A DNA stretch of 59,270 nt from a virus. Below the pieces are notes generated by a model. The model was not told the origin of the DNA, did no database searches, and saw nothing but the letters and a program-made list of their open reading frames with translations. Below, in pieces: positions 34,744 to 42,899 of the stretch (its first letter is position 1; every line of letters starts with the position of its first letter). The DNA lies in the IMG/VR virus record IMGVR_UViG_3300025536_000003, positions 1-59,270 of that record, one strand, 5' to 3'. A program made the position numbers and the translations under genes.

Positions 34744-34771
34744 AGTATGCCCATCTTGGGCCACTTGTCAA
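34744..34771 (-). promoter_or_regulatory. PR'-like late promoter
   Basis: Minus strand TTGACA (34771-34766), a 16-nt spacer, then CATACT (34749-34744). The -35 overlaps the Q stop codon. Confidence 0.6.
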
Positions 34772-35316
34772 ATGCCGAGACGGTACATCAGCTCGCGGTG
34801 TGCCTCTTCCAGCCGCCGCCGGTAGGTCGTCCGCGCGTAGCCGAGTTCCTTCGCCTTCTGCTCCTGCGGCAGATCTCGACGGTATTCCATGTGCACTACG
34901 GTCTGTAACGACACCATCAACGCCGCCACCGCGAGCTCCGTTTCCTCTTCTTCCGGGCAGTCAGGATCGGGTCGCGGCCCGGTGCCGTGGATCAGGCTCG
35001 CCCAGGGTAGCGCTGTCGGAGTCGTCGGGAATTTCCGCCTGACGCGCTTGAGCCGATCGATCTCGTCCTGATCGTCCCCAGCGGCCTTGATCCGCTCGGT
35101 CAGGCTTTTTCGGATCTGCCGCATCGCGTCCAGGCTGCGGTTCACCGCCCGGCTGCCGCGATCCACCTCCATGCCCTCGCCGACCAGTCCAGCCAAGGGA
35201 TTCGGGTAGCCGCCGGTCGGGATGGCATTGGCATCGCGCCACCAGCGCGCCCAACGTTCCAGTCGGGCCTCGAGCAGTTCCTGCCTGGTCATGGCATTCC
35301 TCCGTAGTGCTGTCAT
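34768..35316 (-). CDS. Late-gene antiterminator, Q-like (182 aa; alternative start 35292 after GGAGG)
   Basis: LEARLERWARWW N-terminus and a C-terminal HTH KAKELGYARTTYRRRLEEAHRELMYRL, as in the phage antitermination Q family. Lies directly upstream of a promoter + terminator + lysis genes. Confidence 0.65.
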   Translation of the reverse strand: MTALRRNAMTRQELLEARLERWARWWRDANAIPTGGYPNPLAGLVGEGMEVDRGSRAVNRSLDAMRQIRKSLTERIKAAGDDQDEIDRLKRVRRKFPTTPTALPWASLIHGTGPRPDPDCPEEEETELAVAALMVSLQTVVHMEYRRDLPQEQKAKELGYARTTYRRRLEEAHRELMYRLGI

Positions 35317-35507
35317 CACATGCCTCCGCAGAACCGAATTCGCCCGCACTCACAGCGCAGCACCCACCGCTTGGTCGGGAGCTTGCTGCCGGTTTTGTAG
35401 GCTTCTGCGTCACGCCAGGAGCGGCCGCAGTCACAAGGTTTCGCCGGTCGGACGGCGCGGTGGAGATGGCCGGGACGGGTGTCCAGGCGCTGCTGGGGGA
35501 GGCTCAC
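35316..35507 (-). CDS. Small zinc-ribbon protein (63 aa)
   Basis: GTG 35507 overlaps the upstream stop as GTGA. Contains PCDCGRSW...RCECGRIRFCGG. Confidence 0.45.
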   Translation of the reverse strand: MSLPQQRLDTRPGHLHRAVRPAKPCDCGRSWRDAEAYKTGSKLPTKRWVLRCECGRIRFCGGM

Positions 35508-35965
35508 GCGACCCGCGCCCGCCCGCTCTGCCACAGATCGAGCCATACCGGATCAGGTATCCGCCCGGGCAGCGCCGCCACCGTATCCCGCCCTTCCGCC
35601 GGCCACAGCATTCCGCCCGTCACCCGCGACCACTCTTCGACATCCAGCTTCGGCACCACGATCAGCCCGTGGGCATAGAGCAGGGCAAACGTCGCGCGCC
35701 AGGCGTGGCGCCAGGCTTCACGACGGTCCTCTCGGTTGAGTCGATGCCCGCTGCCGATCGCGTAGTGGCAGCCAGGACGGCCACAGACCGGGCCGCACAT
35801 CGCCGCGATGAAGCAGTCGTGCGCTTTCCGCGAGAGGCATTTACCGTGCTGGCTGTCGTCACTGTGAGCTGCCTGCACCGGACGCAGGTTGCAGCCGTCC
35901 AGCGTGCTCTGACAGGTGAGCACGTGGACGACCTCGAGCAGCTTGCGGTTGCGGTAGGCTTTCAC
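35504..35965 (-). CDS. Cys/His-rich nin-region protein, YbcO (DUF1364)-like candidate (153 aa)
   Basis: CQSTLDGCNLRPVQAAHSDD...CGPVCGRPGCH pattern. Lies in a nin-like region. Confidence 0.35.
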   Translation of the reverse strand: MKAYRNRKLLEVVHVLTCQSTLDGCNLRPVQAAHSDDSQHGKCLSRKAHDCFIAAMCGPVCGRPGCHYAIGSGHRLNREDRREAWRHAWRATFALLYAHGLIVVPKLDVEEWSRVTGGMLWPAEGRDTVAALPGRIPDPVWLDLWQSGRARVA

Positions 35966-35967
35966 AC

Positions 35968-36387
35968 TCAGTGCTCGGTGCGCTCTTCTTCCAGGCGCTT
36001 GACCCAGTCAAGGCTTTCACCCGTCTCCAGGCCGTGGGCCGACCAGGACAGCCGGCGAGTCGCCTCGTATTTGACGCGTTCCGACTCGGTGCGACCGGCC
36101 TGCTTGTGGGTGTCCTGAAAGGCGTAGCGATCGAGCCCTTCGACCTCCAGATCCTCGTAGAGCGCCTTCGAGCGATCGTTCAAGGCTTTTTTCTTCGCCT
36201 TCAGTTGATCCATCTCGGCATCGATCGCCTCGCGCTCTTTGTCCAGCGCGAACATCTCCTGGACCTTGTTCTCGAGGAACTCGATCAGGTATTCCATGCG
36301 CTGCTCGCTCTTCGACTGCTGCTTCGCTTCGGCTGCGGCCTGGCGCTTGGCGGCGGCTTGCTGGTTGACTTCTGCTGCTGTGGTCAT
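35968..36387 (-). CDS. Hypothetical coiled-coil protein (139 aa)
   Basis: Start moved to ATG 36387 (ATGA-coupled). Confidence 0.55.
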   Translation of the reverse strand: MTTAAEVNQQAAAKRQAAAEAKQQSKSEQRMEYLIEFLENKVQEMFALDKEREAIDAEMDQLKAKKKALNDRSKALYEDLEVEGLDRYAFQDTHKQAGRTESERVKYEATRRLSWSAHGLETGESLDWVKRLEEERTEH

Positions 36388-36800
36388 GGGATCCTCCTTT
36401 TGAGGTTTGTGATGACGTCGTCGACAGAACGGGCCACAAATGCGACACCGTAGGATTCGTTGACCAGGGCAAGGAACGCGGCTTGTTCGGGGGTCAACGT
36501 GCCCGTCGCCGTCTTGCATTCGATGACACAAAGCCTGCCGTCCTTGAGCTGGCACCAGATGTCAGGACACCCAGGGAAGCCGAACCGGATGAACCGGCTC
36601 TTACCGCCGTCGTCGTAGGCGAGCTTGCCGGCGCCCGAATTCATTCTGCGAACCCATGCAACGGCCGGGTGACGCGCGAGCAGCCGCATGATCGCGGCCT
36701 GAATTTCTATCTCCTGCAACCCATCGTCCGGCCTGCGCTCCTGGCCCGGGACGTCCGGGTGCAGCGTCAGTACCGCCTGATGGATGTTGCGGCGTCTCAT
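36384..36800 (-). CDS. VRR-NUC domain nuclease (138 aa)
   Basis: FGFPGCPDIWC...VIECKTATGTLTPEQAAFL. Confidence 0.65.
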   Translation of the reverse strand: MRRRNIHQAVLTLHPDVPGQERRPDDGLQEIEIQAAIMRLLARHPAVAWVRRMNSGAGKLAYDDGGKSRFIRFGFPGCPDIWCQLKDGRLCVIECKTATGTLTPEQAAFLALVNESYGVAFVARSVDDVITNLKRRIP

Positions 36801-37009
36801 CAGTCTTTCCACCAAGCACGCCAGCCGTGGCCGCTCAGGCCGTAGTAGATGTTCAGCGCCATCGCAATCGGGCCAAACGCCACGTCAGTCCACGCATGCA
36901 CCTTCAGCCTTTTCGGAGGTATGCCGGCATTCTTGAAATACGCCACGCTTTCGCCGGCCGCGTGCACGCCGCATAGGATCCAGATCGCTATGTAGACCAC
37001 GTATTCCAT
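36800..37009 (-). CDS. Small membrane protein (69 aa)
   Basis: MEYVVYIAIWILCGVHAAG... and a second hydrophobic segment. TGATG junctions on both sides. Confidence 0.5.
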   Translation of the reverse strand: MEYVVYIAIWILCGVHAAGESVAYFKNAGIPPKRLKVHAWTDVAFGPIAMALNIYYGLSGHGWRAWWKD

Positions 37010-37386
37010 CAGCGACGCTCCGGCGGCGGGATGTAGCAGTCGAGCGTCGACGCCCAGCCGATGACAAGTTCGATGAACTGCGAATAGACCGCTTTCGATT
37101 CTTGGACGTCGAGCAGCTCGGGATCCCCAGGCACGGCGCACCCTGCTTCCACCTCGAACCGCTCGATCAAGACCTCGTGCATCTGGCGCGGCGTGTAGCC
37201 GGTGTAATCGCACAGCGCCCGGAGCACGACGCCCAGGTAATAGCCCTTCTGCCGCGGCGTCGGCGGATCGACGAACGGCACCAGCTTGAACGTCCAAGGC
37301 CGCACCGGGTCGAGCGGCAGCTCGCGCAGCGACTCGATCAGGCGGTCGCGGCCGGCGGCGTCGAAGATGACGAAGGTCTGGGTCAT
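37009..37386 (-). CDS. NinB/Orf-like recombination mediator candidate (125 aa)
   Basis: PWTFKLVPFVDPPTPRQKGYYLGVVLRAL loosely recalls NinB. ATGA-coupled. Confidence 0.3.
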   Translation of the reverse strand: MTQTFVIFDAAGRDRLIESLRELPLDPVRPWTFKLVPFVDPPTPRQKGYYLGVVLRALCDYTGYTPRQMHEVLIERFEVEAGCAVPGDPELLDVQESKAVYSQFIELVIGWASTLDCYIPPPERR

Positions 37387-37667
37387 CCGATGAGGGTGTA
37401 ACCTTCCTGGAAGGCGCCCGCCGGAGACCACGACTCGTAGCCATCCTGATAGAGGACGTAGTAGCCACCCGGTTCAGGCTCGTGCTTCTTGAGATAGGCA
37501 GCGCTGACCCGGATCCGATCGTGGTGATGGTTTACCGGCCAGAGGATGCCGTGACTGACTTCGTCGTCTTCGACGGTCTTGACGACCTCGACGGTTGCGA
37601 TCTTCATCGCCCTCACTTCCTTGTGGCAGCGGTAGCGCGGCATTGGCAGGAACGGTGAGTTTTCCAC
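37383..37667 (-). CDS. Hypothetical protein (94 aa)
   Basis: ORF with a GTG start after GAGGA. Confidence 0.5.
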   Translation of the reverse strand: MENSPFLPMPRYRCHKEVRAMKIATVEVVKTVEDDEVSHGILWPVNHHHDRIRVSAAYLKKHEPEPGGYYVLYQDGYESWSPAGAFQEGYTLIG

Positions 37668-37683
37668 TGGTCTTGTCCTCGGG

Positions 37684-37908
37684 TTAGATGGTCGTCGGCT
37701 GTCCGATGCCGCGGATCACGGCCATCCAGCCCTTCTGCAAGTCGGTGTGGCCGATGCTGATGAAGCGCTGATCGAGCCCGGCCGTGGCTCGGAGCTTCGC
37801 GACCATCGCTTCGCACTGCGCATCGAGTTCCTTGCACTCGTTGATGAGATCGATCTCGACTTGCGTCAGGTCGCGATAGCCCTTCATGAGCCGGTGTTGG
37901 TTTTCCAT
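37684..37908 (-). CDS. Acb2/Tad1-hairpin-like small protein, candidate cyclic-nucleotide sponge (74 aa)
   Basis: YRDLTQVEIDLINECKEL...LDQRFISIGHTDLQKGWMAVIRGIGQPTTI matches the widespread two-helix family I recall being annotated as Acb2/Tad1 domain. Not searched. Confidence 0.45.
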   Translation of the reverse strand: MENQHRLMKGYRDLTQVEIDLINECKELDAQCEAMVAKLRATAGLDQRFISIGHTDLQKGWMAVIRGIGQPTTI

Positions 37909-37941
37909 AGCTGTCTCCTGGGTTGAATGTTCCGCGTGGAG

Positions 37942-38682
37942 TTACGCCATCAGCGCCTGATCGAGCATCGACACGACGCGGTGCACCTCAGACGGCGAGC
38001 CGGTGACGACTATCTCGACCTCGCCGTTGGTCATGCGGAATTCGGCGTGCGGCAGCTTCAGTATCTTGTCGACGCTCGGCACTTTGTTCGGCACATAGGG
38101 CACATCTTCCGGCTCGAACATCTCGGTCAGTTCTTCCGGCGTCCACTGATCAGCGAATGCCGCCGCCGGCCCCATTACCGGCGGCGGACTTTCTGGTGCG
38201 CTCACGACAGGGGCGTCCCCGACCGGTTCGGGCGTTGCAACCGCCTCCGGTACTTCTGTCGGGGCCGGTGCACCGGCCTCGCGCGTTGCTGCTTCGCTGG
38301 GTGTATTTCTGCGCCACCGGCCGCGACCAGCGGCGACGATCTCGCCTTTCTCTTCAAGTACGCCGAGGTATTCGACGGCGCGCGCTTTCTTGGCCGGCAT
38401 GGCGTCCCTGAATTCGGCCGTGGTGAATTCGTTTTGTGTTTGGACCCACTCGAGTGCGGTCGCATACGCGGTGGGCTTCGGTTTGTCGCCGGTTCTCAGC
38501 GACCAGTATTCCCATGGGCGTCCTTCCTGAGTGACGCCTATCAGTCCGCGCTCGATGAGCATGGTCAACGTGTCGTCGATGACGTTCTTCGACATAAGGC
38601 TGAAGTGGTCGCAGATTTTCACGTAACTCGTGCGACCAGCCGCTTCGAGATAGCACAGGATGTTGGTTTCGGCGCGGCTCAT
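37942..38682 (-). CDS. Winged-helix DNA-binding protein with a Pro/Ala-rich linker (246 aa)
   Basis: Start moved to ATG 38682 (ATGA-coupled). N-terminal ILCYLEAAGRTSYVKICDHFSLMSKNVIDDTLTMLIERGLI. Confidence 0.5.
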   Translation of the reverse strand: MSRAETNILCYLEAAGRTSYVKICDHFSLMSKNVIDDTLTMLIERGLIGVTQEGRPWEYWSLRTGDKPKPTAYATALEWVQTQNEFTTAEFRDAMPAKKARAVEYLGVLEEKGEIVAAGRGRWRRNTPSEAATREAGAPAPTEVPEAVATPEPVGDAPVVSAPESPPPVMGPAAAFADQWTPEELTEMFEPEDVPYVPNKVPSVDKILKLPHAEFRMTNGEVEIVVTGSPSEVHRVVSMLDQALMA

Positions 38683-39170
38683 ACAGCCCCCTCGTACTTC
38701 GTGTCGATGAACCGGTCGCCGAGGTAGTCCTTGGCGAGCACCTTCTCGCCGTCGACCAGGAAGCCCCAGTCCTGCTTCGCGCGAAACGAGATGAACAGCG
38801 TCCAGCATGACGAGTCAGCATCGATCGCCGATGGCAGTCCCAGTCGGTGCCACGTCGATGCTCGGCGGAATGCAATGCTGCCCGGTCCACGCCAGCGACA
38901 CGGTGCATAGCCGCAGTTGCCGTCCAAGCAGCACCGGCAACTGCGCTGCTCCCAGTAGCCGCCGCGCAGCACGATGCTCAGGAACGCCCACGGGTGATCG
39001 TGCAGGTGGCGATCGTTGTCCGAGCGCAGGATGTGATGCAGTCGAATGGCGATCCCGAAGGGCAGACTGCCGTACGGGAACAACCAGTAGCGCTCCAAAT
39101 ATCCATGTAGATGGATATAAGGCGTTTTCTCTGCCCTGCGAATCAAATAATCAACCAGTCGCCGGAGCAT
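38679..39170 (-). CDS. Hypothetical protein with an HDHPW motif (163 aa)
   Basis: LHHILRSDNDRHLHDHPWAFLSIVLRGGY. Start at ATG 39170. Confidence 0.55.
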   Translation of the reverse strand: MLRRLVDYLIRRAEKTPYIHLHGYLERYWLFPYGSLPFGIAIRLHHILRSDNDRHLHDHPWAFLSIVLRGGYWEQRSCRCCLDGNCGYAPCRWRGPGSIAFRRASTWHRLGLPSAIDADSSCWTLFISFRAKQDWGFLVDGEKVLAKDYLGDRFIDTKYEGAV

Positions 39171-39651
39171 GATAATTCTCTCTCGTGTTTTGTCGCTGCT
39201 GCTTTGGCGTGGCCCACCGAACATTATTCGGCTCGTAATCTCCGTATGGGTTTATGCGATCTATAGAATGTGATTCAGATGGCGGATCCCCTACGTCTGC
39301 ATAGAACTGTTCGAACGTCTTCCATGCGTCGCACACTTTGATTCCTTTCGCGCCATACCACGGATAAGGCGTGCTATTCGGGTTTCTGCAGCGCTGGTGC
39401 ATTAGCATCCATATCCGCCATATACGGGTGTTCGACATGCCGTGCTTCGTTGCGGACTCTGTTTGTCGTTCTTTTTGATAGCAGCCACAACTCGCGATAG
39501 CCCCGCTCGTTACATGAGAAACTCTTGCCACTTTCTCCTGGCCGCAATCGCAAATGAACCGCCACATCGTGTAGCAACCTTTGCGTTCCGCTACTTCTAT
39601 CGCTGTCAGTCGATTGAATTTCTGCCCGGTAATGTCACGAAATGCGCTCAT
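39151..39651 (-). CDS. Zn-finger + His-Me (HNH-like) homing-endonuclease-like protein, paralog 2 (166 aa; lacks the C-terminal HTH)
   Basis: CDCGQEK...SCGC, HGMSNTRIWRIWMLMHQRC, YGAKGIKVCDAW, SIDRINPYGDYEPNNVRW. Confidence 0.6.
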   Translation of the reverse strand: MSAFRDITGQKFNRLTAIEVAERKGCYTMWRFICDCGQEKVARVSHVTSGAIASCGCYQKERQTESATKHGMSNTRIWRIWMLMHQRCRNPNSTPYPWYGAKGIKVCDAWKTFEQFYADVGDPPSESHSIDRINPYGDYEPNNVRWATPKQQRQNTRENYHAPATG

Positions 39652-39815
39652 GCCAATTCACCACGGAAGTAACTCAACCAAAACGGCCACGACTCTTCCG
39701 GCTCCTGACGCAGGTCCGCGAGGCACGCGTCGTAGTGGCCTTCGGGCGCTTGAGTCCGGTGGCAGTGATTGCGGACTGCGGTGCGCATGGCGTCGCCGAG
39801 TTCTGCGCGGGTCAT
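39648..39815 (-). CDS. Small protein (55 aa), not in the ORF track
   Basis: ATG 39815 is ATGA-coupled to the helicase stop, and its own stop is ATGA-coupled to ATG 39651. Translation: MTRAELGDAMRTAVRNHCHRTQAPEGHYDACLADLRQEPEESWPFWLSYFRGELA. Confidence 0.5.
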   Translation of the reverse strand: MTRAELGDAMRTAVRNHCHRTQAPEGHYDACLADLRQEPEESWPFWLSYFRGELA

Positions 39816-41350
39816 GCCGTCTTCCTCGCCTTACCCTGCGCCTTCGCCCAGGCGATCTGGCGTGATCGGATCCAGCGCGTCGTCTCGATCGACGGTGTGC
39901 AGGGCGGATCGTTGTTCCAGTCCCACGGCGGCATGACGCCGAATTTTTCTTTGTACTTGAACGCTGCCCAGCCGCGCTTGTAGCCGCGCTCACCGGCAAA
40001 GCCTCGGAGCTCGGCGAAGAACTTCGGATCGCCGAGCGGCTTCACCGTGGCATTGAGTTCGACGAGTTCGCCTTCCGCGACTTCCAAGTCCTTGCCGGCT
40101 TTTCGAAGCTGGTAGCCACACTCGGGACAGATGATCGCTTTCGAGAACACGGCGAAGCATTCCGGGCAGTCGATGAGCTTCGCGTCGCCTTCCTTTTTCG
40201 GGCGGGTGTCATCGCCCTTGCCGAGCTTCATCGTGCCGTCGAGGGTCCAGTGCCACTGGGTATCCGCGAAGCCGTGCAGATGGACGCAGCCGGCGTGATC
40301 GAGCACGAGGCAGTCGGTCTTGCCTTCAGCAGGACGGAGGCCACGACCGATCATCTGCAGGTAGAGCATCAGGCTCTTCGTCGGACGCGCGAGAACCACG
40401 CACGACAGCGCCGGCAGGTCGAAGCCGTAGCTGGCCAGGAAGCAGTTCGTCAGCACCTGCGTCTGGCCGCTGATGAAGCGCTCGAAGATCTGTTCGCGTT
40501 CCCAGGTCGGTGTCTCGGCGTCGACGTGCTCCGCGGCCACGCCGTTCTGCAGGAAGGTTCCAGCGAGCGCGATCGAGTGCGCGATCGAGGTGGCGAAGAC
40601 GACCGTCCTTCTGCCGGCGGCGTGTTGCAGCCAGTGCCTGACGATGTCGCCGACGAGTTCCTGCTTGTTGACCAGTTCCTCGAGGTCTTTCGCGTTGAAG
40701 TCGCCGGCCGTGATGCGGACTTTGCGAAGGTCCGGTTCCGACAGGCTGAAGTAGCGCGCTGACACCAGATGGCCCGCTTCGGTCAGGGCTTTCACACTGG
40801 TCGGTTCGACCAGCGCATCGAACAGCATGCCGAGCGCCCGGCCATCCCGTCGTACCGGTGTTGCGGTGAGGCCGAGCAGGATGGCGTCCGGCCACAGGTC
40901 GAGCAGCTCCTTGCGGCGCTCAGTGACCGCAAGATGGGCCTCATCGACGATGACGAGCGAGAAGTCGGGTAGGTCGAGTTCCTGGCGACGGCGGAAGGCG
41001 CGCGAGATCAGCGTGTCGATGCTCGCCACCTGCACCGGCAGATCGGTATCTTCGAGATGGCCCTCACCGGCCAGCAGGACGCCGTGGTAGATGCCGGCGT
41101 CGCGCAGGCGGGTGCTGGCCTGGCGTATGAGTTCCCTGCGTGGTGCCAGGAACAGCGCCGCGCCGCCGCGCTCGACTTCGCGCTTGATGAGCCAGGCCGC
41201 CCACGTGGTCTTGCCGCTGCCGGTCGGGGCCACGAACAGCGGCGCTTCGCGGCCCATGGCGAGGGCCTGATCGAGCAGCGCGATGCCGTGTTCCTGATAA
41301 TCGCGCAGGACAATGGCATTGCGCGGGACGTGGCCGAAGAAGTCGTTCAT
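39812..41350 (-). CDS. SF2 DEAD/DEAH-box helicase with a C-terminal zinc ribbon (512 aa)
   Basis: APTGSGKTT, VIVDEAH, and CPECFAVFSKAIICPECGY. Start moved to ATG 41350 (ATGA-coupled). Confidence 0.8.
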   Translation of the reverse strand: MNDFFGHVPRNAIVLRDYQEHGIALLDQALAMGREAPLFVAPTGSGKTTWAAWLIKREVERGGAALFLAPRRELIRQASTRLRDAGIYHGVLLAGEGHLEDTDLPVQVASIDTLISRAFRRRQELDLPDFSLVIVDEAHLAVTERRKELLDLWPDAILLGLTATPVRRDGRALGMLFDALVEPTSVKALTEAGHLVSARYFSLSEPDLRKVRITAGDFNAKDLEELVNKQELVGDIVRHWLQHAAGRRTVVFATSIAHSIALAGTFLQNGVAAEHVDAETPTWEREQIFERFISGQTQVLTNCFLASYGFDLPALSCVVLARPTKSLMLYLQMIGRGLRPAEGKTDCLVLDHAGCVHLHGFADTQWHWTLDGTMKLGKGDDTRPKKEGDAKLIDCPECFAVFSKAIICPECGYQLRKAGKDLEVAEGELVELNATVKPLGDPKFFAELRGFAGERGYKRGWAAFKYKEKFGVMPPWDWNNDPPCTPSIETTRWIRSRQIAWAKAQGKARKTA

Positions 41351-41898
41351 AACGCTGCTCCGACATGCTTCCACGCGAACCCTCGCGCCACTTTGCTCAC
41401 GTGATTGCGATGCACCCCGAATTCTCTTGCCAGGGTCTTAATCGACTCGCCTGCGGCACGGCGGCCTCTGATTTCGCGAACTTCCTTTTCCTTCAGTTTC
41501 GCAAATGGATGACTTTCTCCGCGCGTCTCTAACGATGGGTCATACCTTGTGCCGTGCTTTATCGAATCCTTCTGGTTCTGCGATCGGGTATCCCAACGCA
41601 AGTTCTCTAGCCGATTGTTCGCTCGATCGCGATCCGGGAAGTGGCACGCTTCCATTCCCTTCGGGCACGGCCCGACAAACGCTTCGAGCACGAGACGATG
41701 CAGCTTGGCTGTTACTTGCTTGCCGTTTACGCACAACGCGACTCTGAGATAGCCGCAGCCGTTATCTCGTCCAGCAATTACTCTACCTTTGCGCCTCGCT
41801 CCGGAAGCGTCGACGCGATCGAGTGATCGGAATCGCCCTTGATCGCTGACTTCGTAGATGCCTTCGTACCCAACGACTGGCTGCCATTGCTCGTTCAC
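41347..41898 (-). CDS. NUMOD4 + HNH_3-type homing endonuclease with a C-terminal HTH (183 aa)
   Basis: GTG 41898 overlaps the primase stop as GTGA. Contains WQPVVGYEGIYEVSDQGRFRS, HRLVLEAFVG, ACHFPDRDRANNRLENLRWDTRSQN. Confidence 0.7.
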   Translation of the reverse strand: MNEQWQPVVGYEGIYEVSDQGRFRSLDRVDASGARRKGRVIAGRDNGCGYLRVALCVNGKQVTAKLHRLVLEAFVGPCPKGMEACHFPDRDRANNRLENLRWDTRSQNQKDSIKHGTRYDPSLETRGESHPFAKLKEKEVREIRGRRAAGESIKTLAREFGVHRNHVSKVARGFAWKHVGAAL

Positions 41899-42899
41899 TG
41901 CAGCGGCCCTCGCAGCACGTCGTTCCAATCCTTGAACGCACCGGGCGGTATGCGCGTTTCCACTGCGCAACGACCGTCGAGTTCTTCCGTCAGCTTCAAT
42001 GCGGCCTCTAGCCCGGCGATGTCCTTGTCCGCGAAGATGACGAGACGATGCACATCCGGCGGCGGTACGAACTTCGCCAGCAGGCCCGCATTCAGGCATG
42101 ACCACGTCGCGATGTTGTCGTGCAGGGCTGAAGCGGATAACGCGGTTTCGATCCCTTCGGCGACGGCAAGGACTCGTTCCGTGATCGGCATCAGACGCAC
42201 TGCGCAACCGACTCGACCCGTGACCGGCGACAGCAATTTGCGCGACGGGCATTCGTCACCGCGATCGAGCTTGGTACCGTTTTCGAGATACGTTGTGTGA
42301 ACCGTCACCGACTCGCCGGCAAGATCGCGCACGACACCGACCATCGCCGGGAATCGGCCGATGCGCTCGATGGCTTTCTCGCCGTCGTTCAGTCGGCGGA
42401 AGTAATCGACGCCGACGTGTGCGCGCAGGTCGTTCGTCGTGTTCAACGGCCACAGCTTCCGCGATCGCAGGTACTCGACCACGTCCGGCACCATCTCCGG
42501 CGACGTCGTGCCCTTGAGCAGATCTCGGCCACGGGCGGTGAGTTGGGCGCGTTCCGGCTCGCGGCGCGGCGCGGGACGTGCCTGGCGCTCAGGCATGGAC
42601 GTGTCGTAGCCGAGATAGCCGGCGACGGCCTGCAGGGCTTCGCGGAAGCTCCAGCCGTGGACGCCCATGAGCAGCTTGAAGCCGTCCCCGGCGCCGCACT
42701 GGCGGCAGTGATAATTTCCTCGGTCGCGGTAGTCGGTCCAGGTGTAGCGGTCCTTCCCGCCGCACATCGGGCATGGACTGTTGCGCTTTCGGAGGGCGGC
42801 TTCGTCGATGCCGAGGCCGAGCAGGCAGTCGCGCCACTGGCCGGCCAGCACCCGATGCAGGTCGTTCGCGTCAGGCGGGCGGCGGGCGGCTTCAGCCAT
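41895..42899 (-). CDS. DNA primase (zinc ribbon + Toprim), 334 aa
   Basis: CPMCGGKDRYTW...YHCRQCGAGDG. Toprim features AVAEGIETALS and FADKD. Confidence 0.75.
   Translation of the reverse strand: MAEAARRPPDANDLHRVLAGQWRDCLLGLGIDEAALRKRNSPCPMCGGKDRYTWTDYRDRGNYHCRQCGAGDGFKLLMGVHGWSFREALQAVAGYLGYDTSMPERQARPAPRREPERAQLTARGRDLLKGTTSPEMVPDVVEYLRSRKLWPLNTTNDLRAHVGVDYFRRLNDGEKAIERIGRFPAMVGVVRDLAGESVTVHTTYLENGTKLDRGDECPSRKLLSPVTGRVGCAVRLMPITERVLAVAEGIETALSASALHDNIATWSCLNAGLLAKFVPPPDVHRLVIFADKDIAGLEAALKLTEELDGRCAVETRIPPGAFKDWNDVLRGPLQ

Noticed and set aside
35222-38727. Plus-strand ORFs 35222..36118 and 37927..38727, and similar shadows elsewhere (47102..47938, 49442..50041 and 50279..50932 on the minus strand)
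   Set aside because: They lie opposite well-supported genes with clear motifs (VRR-NUC, wHTH, SbcC-like), and their composition is that of antisense frames.
41899-42252. N-terminal 118 codons of track ORF 41347..42252
   Set aside because: This extension overlaps the primase gene by 358 nt. A GTG at 41898, coupled to the primase stop, starts right before the NUMOD4 motif.
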